Source: an uncultured delta proteobacterium (GTDB lineage Bacteria; Desulfobacterota; Zymogenia; Zymogenales; Zymogenaceae). From it: a stretch of 64,000 nucleotides of DNA. The notes beneath the pieces are model-generated. The model was not told the DNA's origin and made no database searches. It saw only the letters and a list, made by a program, of their open reading frames with translations. The stretch is from assembly GCA_963735595.1 (NCBI GenBank), contig CAVTLK010000002.1, positions 224,001-288,000 of the forward strand. The letters are read 5' to 3'. Below, one piece after another: positions 10,235 through 20,431 of this stretch; position 1 is the stretch's first letter, and each line of letters starts with the position of its first letter. A program made the position numbers and the translations under genes.

Positions 10235-11005
10235 CTATTTCACTTTAACCACAATAAAGGACTTTCCATCCGGGGAGACGAAGAAGTTCCGAGTCCCGTC
10301 AACCTGCAGGTTATAGAAGGTCCCCGTCTCGTTAACGTGCACGATTGAGGTGAGGGTGAATTTCTCGAGCTCGGCGCCGTCTAACGCGCTGAATCCGTAG
10401 AGGGTGGCATAGGGCTTCAGGGCCTGCGATTCGATCGTCGTTACCGGTGTAATCCTGGTGCTCGCCGGAGTGAGGCCGAATTCCTTGGCATAAAACGGGT
10501 GTCCCGCTGTTACCGTCAAGCCGCCGTTGAGGATATAGAAGCCGTTCTGCACCGCCGGGTCGTTGCCGAGCACGTCGCACGAGGTAAACCGCCTGGCGGT
10601 AAAATCATATCCCATGACCTTCTCGCCGGACGTGATATCCCGTATCATTTTCATCGAACCGTCGGCCATCATCACAAATGTGTTGCCGGAGAAGCACTTG
10701 GGCTTTGTCGGCACGGGATTTCCCTTATCGCGCCCGGCTTCGTTTGATGAGTTTGAGGACGGGGAAACATGGCAGATGGGCGTGCCGTTCTCGTCGGTTC
10801 CGACCACGAAGACGTCGTACCACCTGTTTTCCGCGAAGTTATAGACCGGCTCAGCCTTGCCGTCTATCACGTAGACGTTGGAGAATCCCTCGAGGGGCAG
10901 ACCCTCGGGACCGACGATAACCCCCTCGACGGCACCGGCCGAGATCGAAAAAGCGAGAACTAACATTAACGCCGAAATGATCGATAAAATAGCACGTTTC
11001 TTCAT
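10235..11005 (-). CDS. Secreted protein with C-terminal Hint (Hedgehog/intein-like) domain
   Basis: AAGGAG RBS before ATG 11005; signal peptide MKKRAILSII...AGA; CFSGNT.V.MADG (block A), TAGHPF (block B), FYNLQVDGTRNFFV (block F). Confidence 0.85.
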   Translation of the reverse strand: MKKRAILSIISALMLVLAFSISAGAVEGVIVGPEGLPLEGFSNVYVIDGKAEPVYNFAENRWYDVFVVGTDENGTPICHVSPSSNSSNEAGRDKGNPVPTKPKCFSGNTFVMMADGSMKMIRDITSGEKVMGYDFTARRFTSCDVLGNDPAVQNGFYILNGGLTVTAGHPFYAKEFGLTPASTRITPVTTIESQALKPYATLYGFSALDGAELEKFTLTSIVHVNETGTFYNLQVDGTRNFFVSPDGKSFIVVKVK

Positions 11006-11345
11006 AGCGATCTCCTTTGAATTGCGTAACAAATTAATAACATGCTTTTGGCAGGATGTCAATGAAGTAATATTACTAAAAGTAATATATAATAATCGTT
11101 AATTTACCGCCTGGACCTGCTTTTCACGTGACAGGGCAGGTGAACCGGTCCCGAGCCGGCGTAACCGCCTAAGGCCGCAGAGGACCGGCTGATTGCCCGG
11201 TCATCTATTGGTCTTTCATTTTGCAACCCCGTTGGCGTACTTAAATCGAAAATAGTCGTTACGTCCAGATACGCGAAAAAATAATATATTGTCAAAATTA
11301 GGTCGGAAAGATACAATACAGGACAGGGATATATTTTGTGCCAAT

Positions 11346-12026
11346 ATGAAACACCTCATCTATATCGTTGATGATGAGCCTGATATCGTTGAGATGATAT
11401 CGTTTCACCTCGAACGGTCGGGTTTTATGGCGCGCGGTTTCTATAACGGCCATGATTTATTCACGTCCCTGCAAAAGGCCATTCCTTCCCTTATAATCCT
11501 CGACCTCATGCTTCCCGACGAAGACGGTATCGAAATATGTAAAAAACTCAAAAAAGACGATAAGCTCTCCCATATCCCGGTGATCATGGTAACCGCGCGG
11601 GGTGAAGAATCGGACAAGGTCCTCGGGCTGGAAGTCGGGGCCGATGATTACATCACGAAACCATTTTCACCGAACGAGCTTGTCGCGAGGGTAAGGGCGA
11701 TTCTCAGGCGATACAAAGGCGATGAGGACAGGAAAACACTTACCATAGCCCAGGACTTCTTTATCGATCAAGAAAGGCACGAGACGTACGTCTCCGGCAA
11801 AAAGGTCGACCTCACGGTTACGGAGTTTCGGATTTTATCCTTGCTCGCCTCTAAGGCAGGCGTCGTTTTTTCGAGGGAGCAAATACTCGAGCATCTGTGG
11901 GGAAACGAGAAAATGGTAATCGATAGGACAATCGATATGCACATAAAAAACACGAGGAAGAAACTGCAGGGCGCATCCCGCTATATTAAGAATGTCAGGG
12001 GCATTGGGTATAAGGTGGAGATATGA
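11346..12026 (+). CDS. phoB: PhoB/PhoP-type OmpR-family response regulator
   Basis: Receiver plus winged helix (LDLMLP, GADDYITKPF, VRGIGYK); directly upstream of phoR-pst. Confidence 0.88.
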   Translation: MKHLIYIVDDEPDIVEMISFHLERSGFMARGFYNGHDLFTSLQKAIPSLIILDLMLPDEDGIEICKKLKKDDKLSHIPVIMVTARGEESDKVLGLEVGADDYITKPFSPNELVARVRAILRRYKGDEDRKTLTIAQDFFIDQERHETYVSGKKVDLTVTEFRILSLLASKAGVVFSREQILEHLWGNEKMVIDRTIDMHIKNTRKKLQGASRYIKNVRGIGYKVEI

Positions 12027-13753
12027 GGACGACCCTGTTTTTGAAATTTTTCCTCGGATTTTTGCTTGTTTCCGTATTGCTGGCGGCTTCGATATTCATT
12101 TTTTCCTCCCTGATTTTCTCGCAGTACTACGAGAGAACGCTTGAGAATAACCTCGTTGATCTTGGCGAAGTGATTGCGCCCGACGTTGGTGCGTTTATTA
12201 TGAGTGGAGATACGGCTTCCGTTCAAAAAGAGGTCGACGCAATAAAGACGAAGCTGAAAGAGCGGATCACGATAATCGACGTTACGGGCAGAGTCATGGC
12301 CGACTCTCAGCACGCCCCGGAAACCATGGAAAGCCATGAGCTCAGGCCGGAAGTCATCGAGGCCCTTGACGGGAGGACCGGTATATCCTACCGGCTCAGC
12401 CCGACGTTTCAGAAAAGGATGCTTTACGTCGCGGTGCCCGTTTTTGAAGGCGGGGCAGTTGTCGGCGTCGTGCGGGTAAGCGTATTCGCGCAGGACATTA
12501 ATACGGTTTTAGCCCATTTTCGTCACGAGTTTCTACTAACGCTCATTCTCATCTTATCCGTAGTCCTCATCCTTTCCTTTTTTATCTCTCGAAACTTCTC
12601 CAAACCAATACTGGAGATGAAAGAGGCGTCAAAAAAGGTGGCGGCGGGGGACTTCGGCATACGGGTTTTCTCAAACCGGACGGACGAAATACGGGACCTC
12701 GCGGAAAATTTCAACGAGATGGCGACCCACCTCGGATTGTTGTTTCGCGAACAGCAACAAAATAAAGAAGAGCTTCTCAAGATCATCTCATCCCTTGAGG
12801 ACGGCATAGTGGTATTGGATGAGAACGAGCGAATACGGCTCTTTAACGAGAGCTTCGATAGACTTGCGGGCGGCCAATGCAAGAAGGGTACTTTCTTCTG
12901 GGAGGCGATGCGCGAGTCGGCGGTGAGCGATCTGATTCAGGAAGTCAGAAAAAACGGTATCGGAGGGACGCGCGAGGCTACGGTGAAGGCACGGAGCTAT
13001 CACGTCAACGCTTCATACGTTCCAACCGAACGACAAATAGCCCTCGTATTCCACGACATAACAGAGGTAAAAAACCTCGCGAAAATGAAGGGCGAGTTCA
13101 TGACGAATATCGCCCACGAGATCAAGACGCCGCTGACGGCCATAACCGGCCTGATAGACATTATCGACGAGGTCTCGGAAAAGGAGCGCAAACACTATCT
13201 CTCCGTGATCAAGAGAAACACCGACCGACTGGTGGAAATCGTGCGGGACGTTTCCGAACTCTCCAAGCTCGAGGAAAAAAGCCTCCCCGTCGCGTTCGAA
13301 AAGGTTAACGTGAAAGAAGTCCTGGAGGAGGCGATATCGCTCTTTGAAAAGGAGACCGAGAAAAAGGATATCACGGTCACGACCGAGGTCCTGGGCGCCC
13401 CGATCGTCGCCGGAGACGCCGCCAAGCTGGAGCAGATGTTCATCAACCTGCTGGATAACGCGGTGAAGTACTCGCCGAACGGCGAGATATCCATCTCTCT
13501 TTCCCCACAGGGTGACGGCGTTGTCTTCTCGATACAGGACACGGGCATCGGCATCCCCGAAAAGGACCTGCCGCGGGTCTTTGAGCGTTTCTATCGGGCC
13601 GAGAAGTCGCGCTCCCGTGAACTGGGAGGGACGGGGCTGGGGCTGGCTATCGTGAAATATATCGTGCTGCTTCACAACGGGAAGATAGACATTCAGAGTG
13701 AAGAGGGCAAGGGGACGAAAGTCACCGTGCGGTTGCCGAAAAACGGCCGCTGA
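12023..13753 (+). CDS. phoR: Phosphate regulon sensor histidine kinase (HAMP-PAS-HisKA-HATPase)
   Basis: Two TMs, AHEIKTPL, FERFYR..KSRSRELGGTGLGL; context. Confidence 0.88.
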   Translation: MRTTLFLKFFLGFLLVSVLLAASIFIFSSLIFSQYYERTLENNLVDLGEVIAPDVGAFIMSGDTASVQKEVDAIKTKLKERITIIDVTGRVMADSQHAPETMESHELRPEVIEALDGRTGISYRLSPTFQKRMLYVAVPVFEGGAVVGVVRVSVFAQDINTVLAHFRHEFLLTLILILSVVLILSFFISRNFSKPILEMKEASKKVAAGDFGIRVFSNRTDEIRDLAENFNEMATHLGLLFREQQQNKEELLKIISSLEDGIVVLDENERIRLFNESFDRLAGGQCKKGTFFWEAMRESAVSDLIQEVRKNGIGGTREATVKARSYHVNASYVPTERQIALVFHDITEVKNLAKMKGEFMTNIAHEIKTPLTAITGLIDIIDEVSEKERKHYLSVIKRNTDRLVEIVRDVSELSKLEEKSLPVAFEKVNVKEVLEEAISLFEKETEKKDITVTTEVLGAPIVAGDAAKLEQMFINLLDNAVKYSPNGEISISLSPQGDGVVFSIQDTGIGIPEKDLPRVFERFYRAEKSRSRELGGTGLGLAIVKYIVLLHNGKIDIQSEEGKGTKVTVRLPKNGR

Positions 13754-13761
13754 AGAAAGAA

Positions 13762-13802
13762 ATCACACAAAATTTACACTGCGTTTATACGAAATTCTCA
13801 TA
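13762..13802 (+). promoter_or_regulatory. Candidate Pho box
   Basis: ATCACAC / TTTACAC / TTTATAC repeated at 11-bp spacing upstream of pstS. Confidence 0.65.
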
Positions 13803-13848
13803 GCAGGGCTATCCTCATTACAATACAGCACATTCTACAAGGAGGATT

Positions 13849-14895
13849 GTGATGAACAGAGTAATGAGAATCGCGATGATGTTAGCGCTTGTGCTCGCCG
13901 GCTCCCTTCCGGCCTTTTCTGCCGGCAAGGAGATCATCGCCGCGGGGGCGACGTTCCCCTATCCCCTCTATTCCAAGATGTTTGATGCGTACAACAAGGA
14001 ATACGGGGTAAAGGTGAACTACCAGGGAATCGGCTCCAGCGGCGGTATCAAGGAGCTCACCAACAAGACCGTTGACTTCGCGGGGACCGACGCCTTTATG
14101 ACCGATAAGGAAGTAAACAAGGCCGGAGCTCCCATCGTTCACGTCCCAACCTGCATCGGGTCAGTCGTGTTAACCTATAATATCAAGGGCGTAACGGAGC
14201 TTTCCCTTTCACAGTCTGTTCTCGCCGATATCTTCCTCGGGAAGATCACCACGTGGAACGATCCGAGGATCGTCAAGCTCAACCCGAAGGCAAAGCTCCC
14301 CGATCTCCCGATCGCGGTCATTCACCGCTCCGACGGCAGCGGGACAACGAGTATCTTCACCGACTTCCTGGCGATGGTAAGCCCCGCGTGGAAGTCTAAT
14401 GTGGGTGCGGGCAAGACGGTCAATTGGCCGGCGGGCCTGGGCGCCGCCAAGAACAGCGGGGTCGCGGGGATGGTCCAGAAGGTCCCCGGCTCGATCGGGT
14501 ACGTGGAACTGGCCTACGCCATGGAGAACAAGATGCCCGTAGCCCTCATAGAGAACAAGAGCGGCAAGTTTATAAAACCGACGCTCGAGTCGACGAGCCT
14601 CGCGGCAAAGGGTAATATCCCGGACGATACCCGCGTGTCTCTCAACAACACGAGCGACCCGAAGGGATACCCGATCGCCGGGTTTACCTGGCTGGTCCTC
14701 TACAAGGAGCAGAACTACGGCGGAAGGACGATGGATCAGGCGAAATCGGTCGTTACGCTCATCAATTGGATGACCCACGAGGGCCAGAAATTCACCTCCC
14801 CGCTCCTGTATTCGCCCCTTCCAAACGAAGTGGTGAAGAAGGCGGAGAAGATCCTGAAGTCGGTCACCTATAACGGCAAACCGGTAACGAAGTAG
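13849..14895 (+). CDS. pstS: Phosphate ABC transporter substrate-binding protein
   Basis: AGATFPYPLY, YQGIGSSGG, HRSDGSGTT, GSIGYVE. Confidence 0.97.
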   Translation: MMNRVMRIAMMLALVLAGSLPAFSAGKEIIAAGATFPYPLYSKMFDAYNKEYGVKVNYQGIGSSGGIKELTNKTVDFAGTDAFMTDKEVNKAGAPIVHVPTCIGSVVLTYNIKGVTELSLSQSVLADIFLGKITTWNDPRIVKLNPKAKLPDLPIAVIHRSDGSGTTSIFTDFLAMVSPAWKSNVGAGKTVNWPAGLGAAKNSGVAGMVQKVPGSIGYVELAYAMENKMPVALIENKSGKFIKPTLESTSLAAKGNIPDDTRVSLNNTSDPKGYPIAGFTWLVLYKEQNYGGRTMDQAKSVVTLINWMTHEGQKFTSPLLYSPLPNEVVKKAEKILKSVTYNGKPVTK

Positions 14896-14954
14896 CGTAT
14901 GAAAAAAGGGGGGGGGATATTCCCTCCCCCCACCATTTTCGCTGGAATAAATAA

Positions 14955-15860
14955 GTGAAGAATACCTCAAAAAAAGTCGATCCCTTTATTATAAAAGAGA
15001 GGGCCTTCAAGCTGATCCTGCTGGGGGCTTCGCTCACGATACTGGCCCTCCTCGGCGCGATCTTTATAACGCTGCCTTTAGGCGCCCTCGAATCGATCAA
15101 GGAATTCGGATTCGGCTTCGTTATAGGCGGCACCTGGGACCCGATCCAGGAAATATTCGGCGCCCTGCCTTTTATCGTAGGAACGCTGCTGACGTCTTTT
15201 TTGTCCCTTGCTCTATCCATTCCGTTTTCGCTGGCCATTGCACTTTTCCTGGGAGAATATTACGGAAAGGGCATTATCCCCACTATCCTCAAGAGCGCCA
15301 TCGAGCTCCTCGCGGGCATCCCCTCGATAATTTACGGATTCTGGGGGATGTTCATCCTCGTCCCGATCGTCATGGAAATCGAGATAAAGGTCGGTGTGCT
15401 CCCCTATGGGGTCGGCATATTTACGTCGTCTATCGTCCTGACTATCATGATCATCCCGTATGCCGCCTCCATCGGGAGGGAGGTGGTACAGCTGGTGCCT
15501 AATGAGCTCAAAGAAGCGGCCTATTCCCTGGGGGCGACGAAATACGAGGTCATTCGAAGGGTTATCCTCCCCATCGCCCGGTCGGGGATTCTGGCCGGGA
15601 TGATTCTTGCCCTGGGAAGGGCCCTCGGGGAGACGATGGCGGTCACGATGCTCATCGGCAATACGAACAGCATCCCGACCAATATCTTTGCTCCGGCCAA
15701 TACCATGGCAAGCCTCATCGCCAACGAGTTTACCGAATCGGGCTCCGGGCTGCATCTTTCGAGCATCATCGAGATCGGTTTTGTCTTGTTTATCATCACG
15801 ATGATCATTAACCTCATCGGACGATATATTATCCATAAGACGAGCGTCGGGATTAACTGA
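14955..15860 (+). CDS. pstC: Phosphate ABC transporter permease
   Basis: ELLAGIPSIIYG, EAAYSLGAT, GRALGETMAV. Confidence 0.96.
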   Translation: MKNTSKKVDPFIIKERAFKLILLGASLTILALLGAIFITLPLGALESIKEFGFGFVIGGTWDPIQEIFGALPFIVGTLLTSFLSLALSIPFSLAIALFLGEYYGKGIIPTILKSAIELLAGIPSIIYGFWGMFILVPIVMEIEIKVGVLPYGVGIFTSSIVLTIMIIPYAASIGREVVQLVPNELKEAAYSLGATKYEVIRRVILPIARSGILAGMILALGRALGETMAVTMLIGNTNSIPTNIFAPANTMASLIANEFTESGSGLHLSSIIEIGFVLFIITMIINLIGRYIIHKTSVGIN

Positions 15861-15861
15861 G

Positions 15862-16695
15862 ATGACGGTACGGGCAACATATATTCGCATCGTGAAGGAT
15901 CAGCTGTTTCACGCCCTGGTTATTCTCCTGGCGGCCTGTTCGATAGTCCCGCTCGCGCTGATCCTCTATTACATCACCGTCAAGGGTTTTAATGCCATTA
16001 ACTGGGAATTTTTAACGTCCCTTCCCAAGCCGGTGGGAGAAGTGGGCGGCGGTATCTCAAACGCAATTGCCGGAACGATCATGCTCGTCATAATCGCGTC
16101 CTGTTTCGCGCTTCCGATCGGCGTGATGACCGGCGTGTTTTTAAGTGAAAATAGGAATAGGAAGATTGCCCACGTAATTCGTTCTTCCGTGGAGATCCTC
16201 ATGGGTATCCCCTCGATTATCCTGGGGATTATCGCGTACGCCTGGGTAGTGGTCCCGATGGGCGGCTTTTCCGCCCTCTCGGGAGGCGTTGCGCTGGCCA
16301 TAATGATGCTCCCGGTCATTATCAGGTCTACCGAGGAGACACTCAATCTCATCCCGAACGATCTGAAAGAGGCTTCGCTGGCCATCGGGGTTCCCTACTA
16401 CCGGACGATCCTCAAGGTCATCATCCCGGCGGGGGCAAGCGGGATCATCACCGGCGCCCTCCTCGGTGTCGCCCGCATCGCAGGGGAGACGGCGCCGCTG
16501 CTCTTCACCGCGTTCGGCAGCCCCTGGATGAACCTTAATCTTTTCAAACCGGTCAACTCGATGCCCCTGTTGATATATTATTATGCGACAAGCCCGTATG
16601 AGGACTGGCACAACATTGCCTGGGGCGCTTCTTTTGTCCTGATTGTCTTTATTCTTGGTCTGAATCTCATTACAAAACTGGTCACCAGGAAATGA
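15862..16695 (+). CDS. pstA: Phosphate ABC transporter permease
   Basis: GIPSIILG, EASLAIG, ARIAGETAPLL. Confidence 0.96.
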   Translation: MTVRATYIRIVKDQLFHALVILLAACSIVPLALILYYITVKGFNAINWEFLTSLPKPVGEVGGGISNAIAGTIMLVIIASCFALPIGVMTGVFLSENRNRKIAHVIRSSVEILMGIPSIILGIIAYAWVVVPMGGFSALSGGVALAIMMLPVIIRSTEETLNLIPNDLKEASLAIGVPYYRTILKVIIPAGASGIITGALLGVARIAGETAPLLFTAFGSPWMNLNLFKPVNSMPLLIYYYATSPYEDWHNIAWGASFVLIVFILGLNLITKLVTRK

Positions 16696-17450
16696 AAAAC
16701 ATTATTCTACGGACGGAGAACCTTTCCGCATTCTTTGGGAAAGAAGAGGTGATCAAGAAGGTCTCCGTCTCATTCGAACGGAACAAGGTTACGGCGATCA
16801 TGGGCCCGTCGGGGTGCGGCAAGACTACCCTGATCCGCACCATCAACCGCATGCACGAGATCACGCCCGGCGCGACGATTACGGGGAAGATCTATCTCAA
16901 TGACGAGAACATCTCATCGATGAACCCGATCCTCGTGAGAAGGAAAATCGGGATGGTTTTCCAGCGCCCGAACCCGTTTCCCACCATGAGCATTTTCGAA
17001 AACGTCATCGCCGGATATAAGCTCAACAGCATATCGCTCTCGCGCGATGAAAAGAACGCGATCGTGGAGGATTCGCTCAACAAGGCGGCCCTGTGGGACG
17101 AGGTCAAAGACATCCTCCACCGTAAGGGGACGTTTCTTTCCGGCGGGCAGCAGCAGCGCCTCTGCATCGCCCGCGCGCTCGCCATGAAACCGGACCTCAT
17201 CCTGCTGGATGAGCCGACCTCCGCGCTCGATCCGAAGGCGACGGCAAGTATCGAGGAGCTGATAATCCTGCTAAAGGATACGGTCACGATCCTCATCGTG
17301 ACGCACAACACGGCGCAGGCTGCGCGGGTATCGGATTTTACCGCGTTCATGTACCTTGGCGAGCTTATTGAATATGGGACGACAACGAAGATGTTTACCG
17401 TCCCCGACCACAAGAAGACTGAAGAGTATCTTACCGGAAAGTTTGGTTAG
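16692..17450 (+). CDS. pstB: Phosphate ABC transporter ATP-binding protein
   Basis: GPSGCGKT, FQRPNPFP, LSGGQQQRLCIAR, DEPTSALDP. Confidence 0.97.
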   Translation: MKNIILRTENLSAFFGKEEVIKKVSVSFERNKVTAIMGPSGCGKTTLIRTINRMHEITPGATITGKIYLNDENISSMNPILVRRKIGMVFQRPNPFPTMSIFENVIAGYKLNSISLSRDEKNAIVEDSLNKAALWDEVKDILHRKGTFLSGGQQQRLCIARALAMKPDLILLDEPTSALDPKATASIEELIILLKDTVTILIVTHNTAQAARVSDFTAFMYLGELIEYGTTTKMFTVPDHKKTEEYLTGKFG

Positions 17451-17459
17451 AGGAGCGCT

Positions 17460-18110
17460 ATGTTAGCAAGCAAAATTATCTCTTTGAAAAAGGACCTCGC
17501 CTTTTTCGCATCGCTGATCGAAAAGATGATCGAGGCAAGTATCCAGGGATTGAAAGAAAAAGACGTTCCAATGCTCAAAGAGATATTAGCGGTACATGAG
17601 CCGAAGGCAAACAGGCTCGAAAATGAAATCGATGAAGAGTGCATCGGCCTCATTGCCACGTTTCAGCCGAAAGCAAAAGACCTTCGCACCATCCTCATGG
17701 TGATGCGGATGAATAACGATTTGGAGAGAATGGGTGATCATGCGGAGAACATCGCCGAAAGCGCGATCTTTTTGGCCGAACGTCCCTTTGTCAAGCCCCT
17801 TGTTGATATTCCCCGGATGGCCGCGATAACCATAGAAATGCTAAAAGACGCGATAACGTCATTTATCGATGAGAACCCCAAGCTGGCAAAAGACGTGTGT
17901 ATGCGGGACAACCAGGTGGACGATCTTCATGAGCAGATCATTCGTGAGCTGATCACCTTCATGACGGGAGACCCGACGACAATCGAGCGATCGTTACATC
18001 TATTAAGAATCGGGAGGAATCTGGAAAGAACGGCCGACCTCTCGACGAACATCTGCGAAGATACGATTTTCATGGTAGAAGGAAAGGTTATAAAGCACCA
18101 TAAGAGATAG
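17460..18110 (+). CDS. phoU: Phosphate signalling/transport regulator
   Basis: QPKAKDLR, DLERMGDHA, NLERTAD; last gene of the pst operon. Confidence 0.95.
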   Translation: MLASKIISLKKDLAFFASLIEKMIEASIQGLKEKDVPMLKEILAVHEPKANRLENEIDEECIGLIATFQPKAKDLRTILMVMRMNNDLERMGDHAENIAESAIFLAERPFVKPLVDIPRMAAITIEMLKDAITSFIDENPKLAKDVCMRDNQVDDLHEQIIRELITFMTGDPTTIERSLHLLRIGRNLERTADLSTNICEDTIFMVEGKVIKHHKR

Positions 18111-18225
18111 GGTCTATAACACATACGCCATTAAAAAATAGGGGGTTAGATGTCTTTCTAACCCCCTGTCATTATTTCTATGCGGCGTCGCAGCCCGGGA
18201 TTGATAGCCTTGGACACTCGGAATT
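18111..18225. repeat. att-like site A: hairpin plus degenerate tRNA-Phe 3' fragment
   Basis: GGGGGTTAGA..TCTAACCCCC hairpin (18141-18166), then cggcgtCGCAGCCCGGGATTGAtagccttGGACACTCGGA (18183-18222) matching the tRNA-Phe 3' end. Confidence 0.8.
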
Positions 18226-18631
18226 AGATAAGCCATTTTGAAATCAAGTAGCTCAAGAGTGCAGTAAGCGTACAAAGACACATGCCCCAGACTATGTCAG
18301 CTATAACGACGACCAATGGCCAGTTCTTAATCGTTGCCAGGTTCGACAAATCATAGGTCGCATAGGTAAAGAACCCAAACAGGGCACCCAGGACAGCGGC
18401 CTGTACCCACGAATTACTGTTCACCGCCGGCCGAACGGCAAAGATAAGGATGCCCACAATAAATATCAGGTAGAACGTGATGGCTGCCGCCCAATTGATA
18501 CTGGGACTTAGAATAAACCCAAGCTTTCTTTGGTAAAACCCCTTCGCGATAACACCCAGCCATAACATATCAATTGCGAAAAATACCGGTACCGTCAACG
18601 CGTAAAGCTTGAGGTAAAATGAAATACTCAT
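18224..18631 (-). CDS. DUF2177 family membrane protein
   Basis: IDMLWLGVIAKGFY, GALFGFFTYATYDLSNLAT, DIVWG. Confidence 0.85.
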   Translation of the reverse strand: MSISFYLKLYALTVPVFFAIDMLWLGVIAKGFYQRKLGFILSPSINWAAAITFYLIFIVGILIFAVRPAVNSNSWVQAAVLGALFGFFTYATYDLSNLATIKNWPLVVVIADIVWGMCLCTLTALLSYLISKWLI

Positions 18632-18790
18632 CGCATTCCCTCCTCTTAACGTTCTTGTTGGTTACTGTATGCCGTCAGTAAAAGGCTGAACTCCAACGGT
18701 CGGGTTCTAAGCTGCGTACCAGGCCTTGGCTATATCCTGAGAAAAGCTCTGACAATAACAGTCCTTCCTGTATTTTCCCTGTATACCTCC

Positions 18791-19570
18791 TTATCGCTTC
18801 TTGACAAACCAGGGGATCAAGACGCTTGTCCGCCTTCTGTATTCCTCGAAACCGGGGGTCTTTTCCATAAGTCGCTCGGTCATGGGTATCCCCGAGACGA
18901 GGACGATCATGAGCGTAATCGTCAGCGGGCCGACGAACCCGATCCACCCATAGGGAACCGACAGCGCGATAATATATATGCCCCACCACATCGTGATCTC
19001 ACCGAAATAGTTCGGGTGTCTCGTATAGCGCCACAATCCCCGATCCATGATGGTTCCCCGATTCTTTGGATTTGCCAGGAATTGGTCAAGCTGATAATCT
19101 CCCACGGACTCGAAGATGAACCCGGTCATCCAGATAAGAAGACCGCATGCATCGAGCACATTCAGGCTCCCGTCGCTTGTTGTGTTTATAATGAGAACCG
19201 GGCTGATGTTGACTAAAAGGATCGCTCCCTGGAGGAGGAAGACTTGAAGATAACTCCTCGGGACGAAGAAACGGCCCCACTCTTCCCGCCATTTTCGATA
19301 ACGTGGATCTTCCCCTCTGCCCCGGTTCCGACGAAAGATCCGTATCGAGAGCCTGCTTCCCCAGATCAGGACGAGGATGCAGGTCAGGAGCTGTCGCGGA
19401 TAAAAATTGCCGACAATCCACAACGTTAACCAGGCAACGATGACAAACCCAAATCCCCACGCGATATCGGCGACGCTGTTATCCTTGCGAATCAGTGCGA
19501 TGACGAAAAGTCCCGTCATGTAGCCGAAGATGATTATCGCCGCGATGAAGAACGTGTTTACCATTTCCAT
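18791..19570 (-). CDS. DUF1295 / steroid 5-alpha-reductase-like membrane protein
   Basis: DNSVADIAWG, GEDPRY, GLWRYTRHPNYFGE, SGIPMTE. Confidence 0.88.
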   Translation of the reverse strand: MEMVNTFFIAAIIIFGYMTGLFVIALIRKDNSVADIAWGFGFVIVAWLTLWIVGNFYPRQLLTCILVLIWGSRLSIRIFRRNRGRGEDPRYRKWREEWGRFFVPRSYLQVFLLQGAILLVNISPVLIINTTSDGSLNVLDACGLLIWMTGFIFESVGDYQLDQFLANPKNRGTIMDRGLWRYTRHPNYFGEITMWWGIYIIALSVPYGWIGFVGPLTITLMIVLVSGIPMTERLMEKTPGFEEYRRRTSVLIPWFVKKR

Positions 19571-19657
19571 TGAAACACCTCCCCCTCCTCGTTTCCAACA
19601 AAGGCTGATCTCACAGGCATAGGAATTCTTTCTCGTAGATACGATACACGAGCTGAT

Positions 19658-20431
19658 TTACCTGCGAGGCAGGTTTCTCTCGAATCCCGACTTTATTATA
19701 TCTCTTATTTGTTCCACCGTGTCGTCAATCTTATCCCGGTCTTTTAGAGAGACCGAAACCGGCCGATGGATTTCCATAACGGCGCGACCGGGGAACAGCC
19801 TGGTCGTTCCGGGGGGGAGGATGGACCTCGTCCCCGAGATAGATACTGGGAGGATCGGTATACCCAGGTCCGTCGCCAGGGAAAAGGCTCCTTTCTTGAA
19901 AGGGCCGATTTCCCCCGTCTTGCTCCTTGTCCCCTCGGGTAAAATGACAACTGATGTCCCCTCCACGAGCTTTTTCTTGGCCGCCTCCAGGGAAGCGTTG
20001 GCGGCCTTGGGGCTGCTCCGGTCTATGTATATGTTTCCGCCCATCTTGCCGGCAAAACCAAATACCGGGACTTTTCTCAGTTCCTTTTTCATTACCCACT
20101 TAATGTCAATGCCGAGCCAGCCGTAGAGAACAAAAATATCGTATGAGCTTTGGTGATTTGAAACAATAACATATGACTGTCCCTTCTTGATGTTCTGTCT
20201 CCCGAGGACGGTCACACGCATCGGCGTGATATAGCTATTAAAGCGGGCCCACCAGACACCCGTCGTTCGATGGGCGACCTTGTCTCCACGGAGGATTACG
20301 ACGATAACGCCGAGAAACACGAAGAAAATAGTGGAAAGTATCAGTAAAGGGATGACGATTAGCCAGACATAGACCTGGTATATCCGGAAAGCGATTGGAT
20401 TTTCGCGGCGTAAAAATCTGCCCGGGGCCAT
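19658..20431 (-). CDS. plsC: 1-acyl-sn-glycerol-3-phosphate acyltransferase family
   Basis: NHQSSYD (HX4D), LPEGTRS, FKKGAF. Confidence 0.85.
   Translation of the reverse strand: MAPGRFLRRENPIAFRIYQVYVWLIVIPLLILSTIFFVFLGVIVVILRGDKVAHRTTGVWWARFNSYITPMRVTVLGRQNIKKGQSYVIVSNHQSSYDIFVLYGWLGIDIKWVMKKELRKVPVFGFAGKMGGNIYIDRSSPKAANASLEAAKKKLVEGTSVVILPEGTRSKTGEIGPFKKGAFSLATDLGIPILPVSISGTRSILPPGTTRLFPGRAVMEIHRPVSVSLKDRDKIDDTVEQIRDIIKSGFERNLPRR

Noticed and set aside
11104..11240. GC-rich structured stretch between the Hint gene and phoB as a riboswitch
   Set aside because: It does not match conserved cores of riboswitch classes I can recognise; an Infernal/Rfam search would decide.
18691..18720. CTCCAAC.. 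resembling the start of an integron attC site between cassette genes
   Set aside because: No matching GTTRRRY end or extended complementary arm was found.
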